A stretch of DNA of 35,522 nucleotides from Phoronis australis (Eukaryota > Animalia > Phoronida), in contig NMRA01001246.1 of assembly GCA_002633005.1 (NCBI GenBank), positions 1 to 35,522 of the forward strand. The letters are read 5' to 3'. Position 1 is the stretch's first letter; the number at the start of each line of letters is the position of its first letter. The notes beneath the pieces were generated by a model. That model was not told the origin of the DNA and made no database searches. It worked only from the letters and a program-made list of their open reading frames with translations. Of this stretch, positions 25,201-34,488 are shown piece by piece. A program made the translations under genes and the position numbers.

Positions 25201-28200
25201 TTGGGTATTCTAAAGCAAAATCCATCAGCGTTTGTAGACATAACGTGAAGTTTTCATTTACAAAAAAAGTTTTAGTAAAATTGGTTTCGGGTGTTATTTT
25301 GCTACAAATGTATCTTTTGCACAGGAAACTTAAAAAACGTGGTCACGTGACAATAATAAAGACACGGTATTAAGAAGCATATTTCTAAATCCTCGATCTG
25401 TTTCCATTCGGAAAATATATACTTTATTGATTGACAAAGCATTATTTCGATATTTGACTTAGAGTTCAGGTCGCTTATTAAGCTCCTGGGTAACCTTAAA
25501 TAGCCGGCTGTTTTTAAAACCGTTTTAAAAGAAGCTGTCCTTGAGTTCAACAAGTGAAAACACGCCTGATTTTGTAGTTATATAATTATGGCTCGATAAC
25601 TTCAAAAAATCTATCTCATCCAATGAAAATCTGTCCCATCCAATGAAAATGTATCCCATCCAATGAAAATCTATCTCATCCAATGAAAATCTATCCCATC
25701 CAATGAAAATCTGTCTCATCCAATGAAAGTGTATCCTATCCAGTGAAAATCTATCCCATCCAATGAAAGTGTATCCCGTCCTATGGAAATCTATCCCATC
25801 CAATGAAAATCTATCTTATCCAATGAAAATCTATCTCATCCAATGAAAANTGAAATCTATCCCATCCAATGAAAATCTATCCCATCCAATGAAAATCTAT
25901 CCCGTCCAATGAAAATATATCTCATCCAATGAAAATCCCAAAAATGAGTTTTTCAGCAGCGAAACTGAATCAGAGCGATCACTGCGTGCCCTACCGAGTT
26001 TCCTGGGCTTCAACGAAGAAAAGAACTCACAAATTACTGTACTCGTCATCCTGGCCTTATCTGCCTCCATTTCCCCTTTCTTTGTGTTCATTTTCGTTCT
26101 CGTCATACATTTTGTAATGCTTAGGTTACATCGAAACGATTAATTTTGCATAGATTCTAAATTATGAGTTCTGTGAAAGCCCGTATAGAAGTAACAGTAG
26201 CAGAATCAGCCAAGATTTGTTTATACCGGATTAGAAACATGTCCATTAAGTAGAGCACTGATTTTAACAGGGTTCAGACAAAACTTTGACATTTAAAAGA
26301 AATACACACATGTACAATTAGTGAACTAGTGATTAAACATATTTTGATATTTGAGAATGATTAAACATTGTTTGTGTTTTTGGTTGGCCGAAAACCTGAA
26401 TTATTAAATAAATGTAGGAAAAGATAAGGACCATTCAAGTGTAGTGTAAAAGAGGCTTTCTATTTAAGAATAGGAAGTCTTTTCTGAAAAGACATCACCT
26501 CAGTTATTTCATGGTACCGACACTGTTTTTAATTGCCTTGGTATTGTGACTGTCAAGGTATCTTTAAGTCTGTTTTTACTGCTGAATTTCATGAGATATA
26601 AACGTCAACTTTTTAAACCACGCTGTGTATTAGCCTTCGGCTAAAATATATTTTTAAAATGTATTGTATTTTATCATCTATGATTAAAGCTTATTTATTT
26701 TAACGTTATTTTATACACAGACAAAACAATATTGGCTTTCGAGTTTTCTGCACCTCCCATTTAAAGACCTGTGCTCACTGAATCAAAAGGTCCTATGGAT
26801 CAGTTATAAGTTTCATTTAAGATTTTCTTTTTTAAAAAAAGCTGCACAAAGGCACATAAAAGAATCAAGTTTGTTCATCTCGGGTGGATTTTCTTGTTTG
26901 ATAAAGTGGGCAACTGGTAAAATACCCAACCGCCGTCTCGGTTTTCTAAAAACAAAAACAGATACAATAACTAACAACGTTTTTGGCCTAATGCATACTT
27001 CATAATATACCGAATACATGATGCCTGCTTATACTTGCCTCTAATCCAGCCCAGTACTCCGAACTTCTCACCCACTGACTGGGTCGACCGGTCCAGTTGT
27101 AGTGCGCTTGAACCACGCAGTGAACCTACAACGCAGCAAAGTGATGCTATCCACCATATGTGCTGTCAAAAGCCCAAATACATGTACGTGTATGTGGCTT
27201 CAATTTAAGATAACACATGCAATATTTGCGATTTTAGCACACCAAAAGTATCTCTTGGAAGCTCCATTTTTACAATAGGGTGATTTGTTGAAACACTTAA
27301 AGATGAATTGACACGTGTAAAAATCCCTTCCCTCGTCCAGTCTGCGCCATATAAAGTGAATTATGTAATAAAGCAGTTGTACTAAGTCTGAATAGCTCTT
27401 CCTCCAGAATGAAATATCTTACAACTTTTGCTTTATGGAAAGCGGTCTGGTTCTATTATAAAATGTGTCCAGTCTTGAGGCACTTGTTTACCTAAAGTCG
27501 AAATCTGCGAATTAGAATTGTCGTTCGTGAACATGATTTTAAGGGTAGCTTATGCACACGCATTTGCGTAAATACCAGAATGCACTCCTTGCGTTTGTAG
27601 AGCTTATTACGATCAAGAACCACAACAAGTCGCTTAGTGAATTACACACAAAATAATACTTGTACATTCATGTAAATTAGTTATTGTTGTCAATTGCGTG
27701 CGATTAAAATGCAGTTCATGAGCTATCGAAGAAATGAGTACCGTAGACGTGGTCGTTACCACATTCACAGATGGACGTGTAATCCTTTTAGATGCTTCGT
27801 TTATTGTGTTTTCAAAACTATAACTACATGTAGTAATTACTTGTGACCACGCAATGTACAAAAAGTCATTATTTTCTTTATATGCAACAAGGCCCGACTA
27901 ATATAAGATTTTGGGCGTCGATCTCCGTGCTACCTCATACGTACATGTGCAGTTTGAATATGCTAACAAGTTCAAGAACAGTACGAAGTGGGACAGGAAT
28001 CCACACCCTGAAATCCAGAGGGGGTCCAGTCTCTCATTAAGTAGACGTTCTTGCATTGAAAAGTGCCCAATGAAAGAATCTCCAGCACACAATACATTTG
28101 TGTTCGTCGTTCCCTCTTGGTTACCCACGTTGCCCTCACTCGTTGGTTCACAGACTGGAAAATAAATATCTTTATACAGGTAAACTTACGTTAAAGGGCA

Positions 28201-30620
28201 AATTGATGATTGGCCCAGTTCTGTTGACCCAATGGTATTCGTGAAGTACCGAGGCACGCACACCTTGATCAAGGTCGTCGGAGATAACTTCTTCGTTGTT
28301 GATGAACCAGCGGACGTTGAAGAACAAGTCGGTGAAATCTTCGGAGTTATCGTCCTCCATACTGCAGTGAAACTGTATTTCTTTCTTCTCCCTTTTGATT
28401 AACATGTCTCGAATCATGTTCTCGTACTTATCTTCGGATGGCTGATAACTCTTTGGTCTGCTGCCAACATGTGCTGTTACCGTTACTGGTCCAGCATACA
28501 CGGCGGTTTCATCTACATGTATATGAGGCATTCAGACAAAGATACAGAGACAAACCTTAGTGAAGGGCAACCACATTCCATAATGGTCGTGTACATTAAT
28601 TTGGACGGCAGCATTTGGTGGAGTTTGGTGAATAATAACCAATCAGCATGCAGCTGAAAATCATGTGATTATCAGTGTTCAAAATGGCACCCTCCGTAAG
28701 GGCAGGATTGAAGAGTTTGCTAGTGTTGTTTGGTAGACAAACATATCAAAACAACGTCAAACTTGTCGTTTTCGAAAACAAAAAATTGGTAATGTTTGCC
28801 AGTGTTGACGGGCCCTTACTGACGTCAGATGTATCCTGCTGTGGAGTGCTATGTTAACACGACAAAGTTAAGGGGAGGTGGGGGGTAGGTTGGTTTTATA
28901 TCTCGGAAAACGGTCTAGGCTGCAAATAACTAGATAATGACTCTTGTTCCAGGGTGGCGGCTAGGAGACTTATAGGTGTTACTAAGTAGAAAGTATAATC
29001 CAGGTAATGAAATGTTGTCCTTTTTCATTTGTATTGAACACGGGATTCAATTTGAAACATAAAGCACTCAAACATGAACATTAATGACAGTCAAATACTG
29101 TGTCCTACTCACTGCTGCACCCTGGAGGGAAGCCTGTGAACGACGTTTGACCGGCTGGACAAGGAGCACGATGTCCTGAAAATTAAATCTCTTTTCATTA
29201 ACTCAGGTGGAATAAAATCGGAATTGCGTGTTAAACGATAAGGGGTTTGGGTGTTTGGTGTATCGTAGGCTTCATACGGGATTTGGCCTATCATATATTT
29301 GTTTTCAGTAGAAGCATATTATCTCCACGAGACCGGTGATTAGTCAGACGCTCTGAGTGAATATGATCATGGCTGTAAGTCTAACGATCTCTGGACAGTG
29401 CAATACGATGTAGGGGCTTTGCCTCTTCAAACACATTAGTTTCATTCTTTAAGATATCGCCCCGTTCTTCAGTGTGACTTTTAAATCTCTGTATACACTG
29501 TGCCGCCTGACACCCAGTATACGCAATTCCGAGGCTTCTCCGTAAAATTGACATTCCTGCAGCAGTACGTTGATGCCTGTACATGTACATTTCTCATAAC
29601 CCCTTGCTGTTCCTGCAGTGCTCTAAACATCTCCCCAATGTGTGAATCATGCGCCACAGCCTTCAAACCTCCGTTCAAATACACGAGCGCAACATTGGCA
29701 AACGTCTAGATACCAGATAACGTTAGACAATGTAGAAACAGGTAAAAAATTAAAATCAGGAAAAATATATATTTAAAAACGTTACCCTACAACCTTCAAT
29801 GGGTGCGACTAATATTCTGTCTTGCAGAAACTTTCCTAAGACTGTGTGTGATTTTATGCAGATTTATTTTATCTATTATAGAACCATTACCTGCACAGTA
29901 CCCAGTAGGACACCCGGATGGTCTTGGTAATTTGTAGACAACAAATTCTTCTGTAGAACTACAGTTTCGGAGTTCGATTTCCTCAACTTGGAAGCAACAA
30001 AAATCCAGTCCATCATCACAATATGAGCAGTCAAAAAAAGCCCCGGTAATGCAAAGATTCCGCTTCACCCGTCCGTCTTCAACGGAAGGAATTTCTCCTA
30101 AAATAGAAATTGCGAAACCATCATATACAAAACGCATGACTGAATAATCACATGTGGCAAGAAATTTCGTGAAATAATTATACTGTTACTGGTACTCAAA
30201 AACATCTTCTGCTTTTCACAACTGTTCAGGGTGTCTTTATATCACAAATCTGTATATTATTGCCTTCGTGTACTACACAATCATCAGATTTATCCTTCTT
30301 CTTCACGTATGTTGCATTAACATGTGGCAGTTTATCTAATGTTTCTAAAGCACAGATTTGAACAAATTAGCTGAAAAATATTTCCTGTATTGTACTATAG
30401 AACGTACCCATAATCCATCCTGGGTATTTCGTACCACAATGGTAAGGTTCAACACAGGTTGTAGGCATCGTACCTCCGGCCGGCGACTTAAACCGGTACC
30501 AGCCGGAATCAAGGGCCCTGTCGCAATGAAGGACCTCAACAGATACGTCCGGCTCATAAAATGGACTTCTGAAGTTTTGGTCTTTCAAAATCTTCGCAAC
30601 TTCACATTCAGACCCAAGAG
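192..30620 (-). CDS. Spliced gene (20 coding exons traced): VWDE-like type-I transmembrane protein (D8C-VWD-C8-EGF-Cys repeats-mucin-TM-NPxY tail); first exon not resolved
   Basis: All 19 introns have AG acceptors and GT donors (one GC), with compatible phases; the joined exons total 4820 nt and read open to TAA at 192-194. Domain motifs were recognised from known D8C, VWD and EGF families. Confidence 0.9.
1166..1260. repeat. Compound microsatellite (AT)n / (CATA)n / (GACA)n
   Basis: Directly visible: (AT)n at 1166-1202 and (GACA)6 at 1237-1260. Confidence 0.97.
1717..2923 (-). CDS. Exon S: Thr/Ser-rich mucin-like stalk plus transmembrane helix
   Basis: ttttttag|CT...AG|gtaagt, 1207 bp, phase 1-2, open throughout; ends PLYVGLIAGSCVLVVVLAVVAAVVCHVGKGKTR. 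Confidence 0.92.
2490..2822 (-). repeat. Coding 75-bp tandem repeat (about 4.4 copies; GIEGVDTTTGTGTSDTSTVVETTSP)
   Basis: Near-identical units gagatgtggtttcaacaacag...gtatcacttgtacct recur at 75-bp spacing. Confidence 0.95.
3501..3618 (-). CDS. Exon R: Cys-rich repeat 4
   Basis: gttgcag|AAC...CTA G|gtgagc, 118 bp, phase 0-1; NSFCLIDGQCFKNGSRNPSNSCEICSSQAHGQNWTRDVL. Confidence 0.9.
4249..4359 (-). CDS. Exon Q: Cys-rich repeat 3
   Basis: ttatcag|GAG...TAC|gtaagt, 111 bp, phase 0-0; EQSCLIGGSCYAGGQTNPSNVCEICSFQNSTSWTNKY. Confidence 0.9.
4859..4972 (-). CDS. Exon P: Cys-rich repeat 2
   Basis: attgcag|AAC...CAT|gtgcgt, 114 bp, phase 0-0; NQSCLIQGQCYQDQDVNPANDCELCSTRNSTVEWTKKH. Confidence 0.9.
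5357..5470 (-). CDS. Exon O: Cys-rich repeat 1
   Basis: gttttcag|AAT...TAC|gtaaga, 114 bp, phase 0-0; NNSCLIGGFCYGPGDVNPSNACEFCSVATTEYEWTPKY. Confidence 0.9.
6398..6661 (-). CDS. Exon N: Ig-like region with RARRS site
   Basis: cgtgtag|TTT...AAG|gtaaga, 264 bp, phase 0-0; EVFCPLP..RARRS...IGVSNDG...YDSLCISC. Confidence 0.92.
6995..7309. mobile_element. GC-rich interspersed-repeat fragment (MITE-like end)
   Basis: C-tracts and terminus ccccttacggtatcctagatccgctactg; a similar end gatccgccac occurs near 30921; no matching left TIR found. Confidence 0.35.
7903..8093 (-). CDS. Exon M: second half of EGF and following domain
   Basis: tttccag|GG...GAG|gtaggt, 191 bp, phase 1-0; ECSCDEGFIGSDC...GLCDVKVRPC...YGDNFVDSEKLTCH. 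Confidence 0.92.
8723..8942 (-). CDS. Exon L: end of C8-like domain and first half of EGF
   Basis: tttgcag|TTA...GAA G|gtcggt, 220 bp, phase 0-1; ...LCPGNCSGHGVCKEG. Confidence 0.92.
10186..10341 (-). CDS. Exon K: C8-like/helical domain
   Basis: atttcag|GTG...AAA|gtaagg, 156 bp, phase 0-0; FPTPSGITHEKAKSFC...VC...VESCIQDIK. Confidence 0.92.
10608..10881 (-). CDS. Exon J: post-VWD region with polybasic RRRRRS site
   Basis: tttgcag|G...CCT|gtaagt, 274 bp, phase 2-0; IPAGQSLLS...YCEC...CRRRRRSA...FDPP. Confidence 0.9.
12260..13090 (+). pseudogene. Possible decayed MULE/MuDR-type (SWIM zinc finger) transposase relic
   Basis: Fragments ETTNKAFEKERLFLKK (12271) and FQFGTHYGEMTSCDCIDF..ESPLMLHFDD (12988-13083) resemble the TNN and SWIM motifs; many stops and frameshifts. 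Confidence 0.3.
15037..15110 (+). mobile_element. Degenerate tRNA-derived SINE head
   Basis: A-box-like gtggtggagtaat near 15039 and B-box gagttcgatcc at 15085-15095; no complete cloverleaf. Confidence 0.45.
15269..15477 (-). CDS. Exon I: end of VWD domain
   Basis: cttcag|GTT...AG|gtaaaa, 209 bp, phase 0-2; VHMPSGTIVKV...TPSLVDHGNTEGMCGSMNDNTGDD (VWD GLCG-type motif). Confidence 0.92.
15991..16586 (+). repeat. Diverged tandem duplication, about 307-bp unit, 2 copies
   Basis: gacctac.tttctcg.ctcgcctctgctttg at 15996 and 16303; both copies end ctggttactgagtataat. Confidence 0.92.
17134..17390 (-). repeat. Inverted, internally deleted copy of the 307-bp unit
   Basis: cttggacattatactgagtaacca.tggtaac.tactttagt.gacgacatt is the reverse complement of about 16535-16585, and similarity continues to about 17390. 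Confidence 0.85.
18009..18714. repeat. Perfect 14-bp hairpin followed by a diverged tandem duplication of about 332 bp (possible non-autonomous Helentron/HINE remnant)
   Basis: atattgctagtcac-tc-gtgactagcaatat at 18009-18038; units start at 18067 and 18399 and share aagaagacataatcagttcatggtcg and gacaaaagttaagcaaaatctgttgtg. Confidence 0.8.
19060..19299 (-). CDS. Exon H: VWD domain
   Basis: tttcaag|GTA...GAG|gtatgt, 240 bp, phase 0-0; VQSLLQRC...ATCNCGVAVRSATDIFVIERC. Confidence 0.92.
19510..19573 (-). CDS. Exon G: VWD domain
   Basis: tttctag|A...GAG|gtgagt, 64 bp, phase 2-0; RYDGHLEGVFLLYRNKKYPFE. Confidence 0.88.
20601..21646 (+). mobile_element. Non-autonomous Helentron/HINE (pearl/DINE-1-like) element with an internal array of about 145-bp repeats
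   Basis: Subterminal inverted repeats atgcgcccac (20626-20635) and gtgggcgcat (21632-21641); internal tandem units; GGACGCC-type microsatellite at 21566-21608; 3' palindrome tatgcgaccacata-taaa-tatgtgggcgcata followed by an A-run. This is the described HINE layout. Confidence 0.8.
22899..22987 (-). CDS. Exon F: start of VWD domain
   Basis: atggtag|GTC...AG|gtaagt, 89 bp, phase 0-2; VMIRDQDEAKTLNRYCSSTHDPVITTFDGR matches the VWD C-x3-GDPH-x2-TFDG motif, with HDPV in place of GDPH. Confidence 0.9.
23037..23108. mobile_element. Very short MITE-like remnant
   Basis: Imperfect terminal inverted repeats catggacggtgcagca / tggtgcgccgcccatg, with an internal gggggcagctatagccccc hairpin. Confidence 0.45.
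24295..24726 (-). CDS. Exon E: pre-VWD region
   Basis: gctttag|GTT...TCG|gtaatt, 432 bp, phase 0-0; VVTKHIDVREGE...FASTIP...VKASVDG...HPAWLDYVVEDVS. Confidence 0.9.
25606..25937. repeat. 20-bp minisatellite (ATCCAATGAAAATCTATCCC)n, about 16 copies, with an N at 25850
   Basis: Directly visible at 20-bp period. Confidence 0.97.
27039..27125 (-). CDS. Exon D (followed by a GC-AG intron)
   Basis: gttgtag|GTT...GAG|gcaagt, 87 bp, phase 0-0; VHCVVQAHYNWTGRPSQWVRSSEYWAGLE; not in the ORF track. Confidence 0.85.
28190..28512 (-). CDS. Exon C: VWDE-like beta/Ig-like region
   Basis: catgtag|AT...AAC|gtaagt, 323 bp, phase 1-0; IQFHCS...FFNVRWFINNEEV...LHEYHW. Confidence 0.85.
29400..29710 (-). pseudogene. 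Possible decayed CXorf38/DUF4559-like coding fragment
   Basis: (stop)TFANVALVYLNGGLKAVAH...CC...C...VYTEI(stop)KSH, then in another frame ...NVFEEAKPL; similarity judged from remembered motifs only. Confidence 0.3.
29891..30097 (-). CDS. Exon B: D8C domain, second half
   Basis: attttag|GA...GCA G|gtaatg, 207 bp, phase 1-1; EIPSVEDGRVKRNLC...CCFQVEEIELRNC...FVVYKLPRPSGCPTGYCA. Confidence 0.93.
30408..30620 (-). CDS. Exon A: D8C (UMOD/GP2/OIT3-like) domain, first half
   Basis: ttttaag|CT...ATG G|gtacgt, 213 bp, phase 1-1; LGSECEVAKILKDQNFRS...CDRALDSGWYRFKSPAGGTMPTTCVEPYHCGTKYPGWIMG matches the D8C pattern CD-x-GWYRF...MP..C....CGT..PGW. Confidence 0.93.
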
Positions 30621-31852
30621 CTTAAAAGCAAAAAAATGCCTAAGTATAATTTCAGTGGTGAGCTTGAGTTAGGTGTATAAAACATTCTACGAGCGCGTGA
30701 AATGATCATGAACTGCTGCGCGCGCAAGTTTGGGAAATAGTTCCCAATGAATTAACTGTGGTAGTCGCGCTGCCTCAAATCGCGTGTTGTCGTTTACACA
30801 ATGGAATTAGGCGGTCGCACATTCCCTTCCCCTCTACGAACATTTTTAAAATTCGGTAGGCACGCTATTTTTGGAGTTTTTCCCCAGAAAATGGTAGTTG
30901 GGCTCGCCCGTGACATACAAGATCCGCCACAGGTTTGTATTTGTTTTTAATCAGCAGTAGCCTACATGTATGTTCAAATGTTGTGTTACTCTAATTGCAT
31001 TTTGAATGGTTTTGAAACTGGCATTGTCTAATATAAAACCCCCGTTGTTATGAATAGCTGAATGATATGATTTGGCTCGTACACACGATTTTAAATTTGT
31101 CTACGGATACGCATTCCTTCTACAACTACATCCACAACCCTGAGCTCTAGAGTGATTTTTTAAGAAAACGTCCTTTTAGCTGCACTTGTGTGAACGGCGT
31201 TTAGAAAGATCCAACGTACAGTGTGAGAAAAAGTTTTTCACTCTCTAAAGAAAACGTGACAATTTGGAAAAAATCTTAAGCTAAAAAATGCTCGAGATGG
31301 GTTGCTCTAATACTGCTGCTTATAACGTGAACAAAAGAGACATGTCAGTTCGTAAATGTATTCATTTTCATTGAAAAGCTCTCCAGTGCTGTATCACAAC
31401 GATGACTCGCACTCGTCGTTTTTTCAGTTGGCGCATTTGCTTGGCGTTACTGACGCTTTCTACAGATCGAAATTTTAAGGCAATGCTAGCAGTCACCGAA
31501 ATAAGCAAATTTTTGTTCGTGTTTCAGAAACTGTGCCCCGCGGCAAGTACAATTTCAAAAACATAAAATATGTTTAATGTTTTTGCTAAAATAATATTAT
31601 CCTGTAAAAGGTCAATTTTTGCATTGTTTCATGTAAAACAAAGGTTCATTGCAGCAGAAGTAATCGTTTCGGTCACAGCACTACTAATATAACAAGCGTG
31701 GCGCGTTACGTTTTGAGATATTTTTGATACGATTGTAACTAACACGTCACTTGTGAACCAACTGCAATAAATGAAGAAAGTGTTAAAAAATATGGCACCC
31801 AAATTGATCAACAGTCGAAAAGTCACTAGACACGGAAAAATCCTCCCCTTAC

Positions 31853-31924
31853 CTTGGGTATGACAACCAACAGAGTAATGTGAAGCCACAGGCGTGACGT
31901 CGATGCTGGTACATGTATAATCAT
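31853..31924 (-). CDS. Candidate signal-peptide exon (phase conflict with exon A)
   Basis: ATG...AAG|gtaagg gives MIIHVPASTSRLWLHITLLVVIPK with a good donor, but the donor is phase 0 and exon A needs phase 1. Confidence 0.3.
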
Positions 31925-34488
31925 TTTATATGTACATGCACGAATTGCAGTTGAGGAAATGAAACATGTTCCTTGGCTGATTTACTTTTTGTATTTCATT
32001 TGGAATTTTTCATTCTGCGCGACGTCTGGCGTCTTTGATTGCTCCTTTCAACTTTAGTTCTTTAGTTATTGTTTGTGTTGCCCACACGAACAGTTAATCT
32101 ATTGAACAGCAAGGCCCCGTGTGAGGTACATGTAACAACAAAAGGCAAAGTCGCCATTCACGTGAGAATACCGAACGAATGACAAGGGGTGGTTTAAAAA
32201 TAGTTGTCGTGGAAAACCAGGTGAATAATCAAGGAACGAAATTAAAGAGACGAAAATTTTTAATTGATTATTTGTTTCAATCGAAAATCAAAACACCTTT
32301 AATTTCGAATAGCGTAGTAACTTAGAACGCATCATACAAAAGTGTTGCGGAGAAAATAAAAAGTGATTATCCGGGATGTATTTGAGCTCTCAGTGTATTA
32401 AATCTCCTTGCAATTTTTTAAAAACTAATCTAAAAATATTAGCTTTGAATGGAAACTAAACTTCTACCCTGAGCGCCCAAATCTTTGTAGGTGATGGTAG
32501 TTAATTTCAACCCTGTGAATGATGCAGTTCTGTTTTTCCATTAAGGAAATTAGGTCACGGTCGATCATTTCCTGCTTCACATCTGTAGGTACACAGTAGG
32601 ACTCGAGTGAATAAGGAACAGTTTAAAGCTGTAACTGATACAATAAGTTTGGCAAGAGGGAATGTCTTCTTAAAATGACATTAAGTACGAGACTAGAGTG
32701 CGTCGTATTGGTAATATACGTGTTCGACAGTACAAGAATGTTGGCAAGTAAGTTTGCATTTTGTAAACATTTTCAAGACTAGCCTAACCAAATACTTTAC
32801 GTCCTGATCATTGTGAACAGTTCTACCCTCCGTGCCTTCCCGTTGTTTAGTGTTGCGCCACTGAAACAACAACAGTAGCCAAAAACTCGCATTTTACGTT
32901 CAGTTACGTCCAGAGTGTTATTCGGGGTCCTTGTTAGTTCAGGGATCCTGGATGTGAGATAAAAACTGTGAAATAGCAACGTTATATTCCCTCTGGGGTT
33001 TGAGCCCTCCGGTTTCAGTTTGAAGATGTTGATGATAGGACCCCGAAATGTATTAAGTATCTACACAGATTCAGAACTAGAAGTCTCTCTCTTACCTAAG
33101 TTGTTTACAGAAATAAGCTTTATTTTATAATAGGATGCCTCGAAATCATTTAGTTGAATTTCTCATATTAAACAGCCATTGTTGAACCAAGTTCGTCCAG
33201 TTTTTTGAAATTTTTGTGAGGATTTACTGCTACCTGCGTGCTTAAGATGCCAGTGAAGGAACTTTTAAACACTACTCTTTGCGTTGATAGTAGACCCATT
33301 CAACTTTTAATTGTTAATATCTTTTACGACCAAACGGTCGTCTTATATGTTTAAAGGTAGTACCAGTGTGTTTCCTCAACGTCATTTTTCACAGAGAATA
33401 TTGAATTTTCCATAAACACGTTTTTTCACATGAAACTGGCAAACACCTTTTCTTTATTTTGTCACCTACCGACTTTTTCTGACATTTCCAAATCAATCTT
33501 TTTTAACCCGAGAACACGGATGTTAAAAATCAAGATTTCCCTTTTTTCACGAATTGTTAACGTCTTAACATTTGACAACAGACTTCTTGAACTAAAATAA
33601 CCTAGAAAGAAAATCCAAGACACACTTATGTAGCTAAATATACTGACTACTGTATAACTACTGTAAGAAGCAAAGCCATATTTGTGAATTTGTTGGCGAT
33701 TACCCTGAGGAACTAGTGGGTGCTATTTGACTCTCCAAGAGAAGTGAAGAGCCAGAATAATTTTGTTTTTACTGATGACCGTGTCCACTTAAAGGGGGTC
33801 AGGGTAGCTTGTATACATGTATGTAAGCTTTGGGCCAGGTGTTGCACCTGTGCCCCCTTCGGCCCTCGATGCCTCTGTCTACGTACAGGGTATATTGTTT
33901 TTGTATCATATTGGTTTGTATTGTATTGCATTCTGCTATGTATAATTATAATGAATAATAAATGTATGTAATGGTGTTCGTTGTCGTGTACGAGTCGACT
34001 GAGACCATAATATAGCAGTGGAAGGAAAAGTTACGAAATATTTCACCAGTACATGATGCACGTTGTCAGAAACACCAACTATTTTGTAGTGCACAAGAGA
34101 CTTAAAAAGAGTTGTTAGATTTGGCGTGATATAACAGACGGGCTAGTAGCAAAGTGTCCAGTTTAGTAACGACTAGTTCTTAGCCAAAGTATTGTAAACA
34201 ATCGTGCAACCAGCATAGTTCAAGAACAAAAAACAGATACAAAGACCCAACACTTATAAAGCAACTCAACGACTAAGAGTGACTGAACCAAAACATCAAT
34301 TCAGTGTTTTTAAAGCTGTGGTGATAACTCATTCACCGCGCAGTCGATTATTGTTCTCCGTGTTACCCTGACTTTTTGCTCTATGTTTTTTGGTGTAATG
34401 GTTCTCTTTTGCTGTGTTTTTGAAATATGTAGTTTTCAGGAGCTGATCTGGTTCTAAAAATTATCACTGAATATTTGATGTTCACAAG

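Noticed and set aside
25525-25937. 20-bp repeat as a CRISPR array, or the periodic ORF as a real protein
   Set aside because: The units are contiguous with no unique spacers, there are no cas genes, and the context is a eukaryotic intron.
31959-32057. Plus-strand hydrophobic mini-ORF MKHVPWLIYFLYFIWNFSFCATSG as the paralogue's signal exon
   Set aside because: There is no convincing splice donor, and T-rich DNA readily gives hydrophobic translations.
33720-33971. Plus-strand ORF with a hydrophobic end as the paralogue's first exon
   Set aside because: It has no in-frame ATG before the hydrophobic stretch, which derives from (TTGTA)-like low-complexity sequence.
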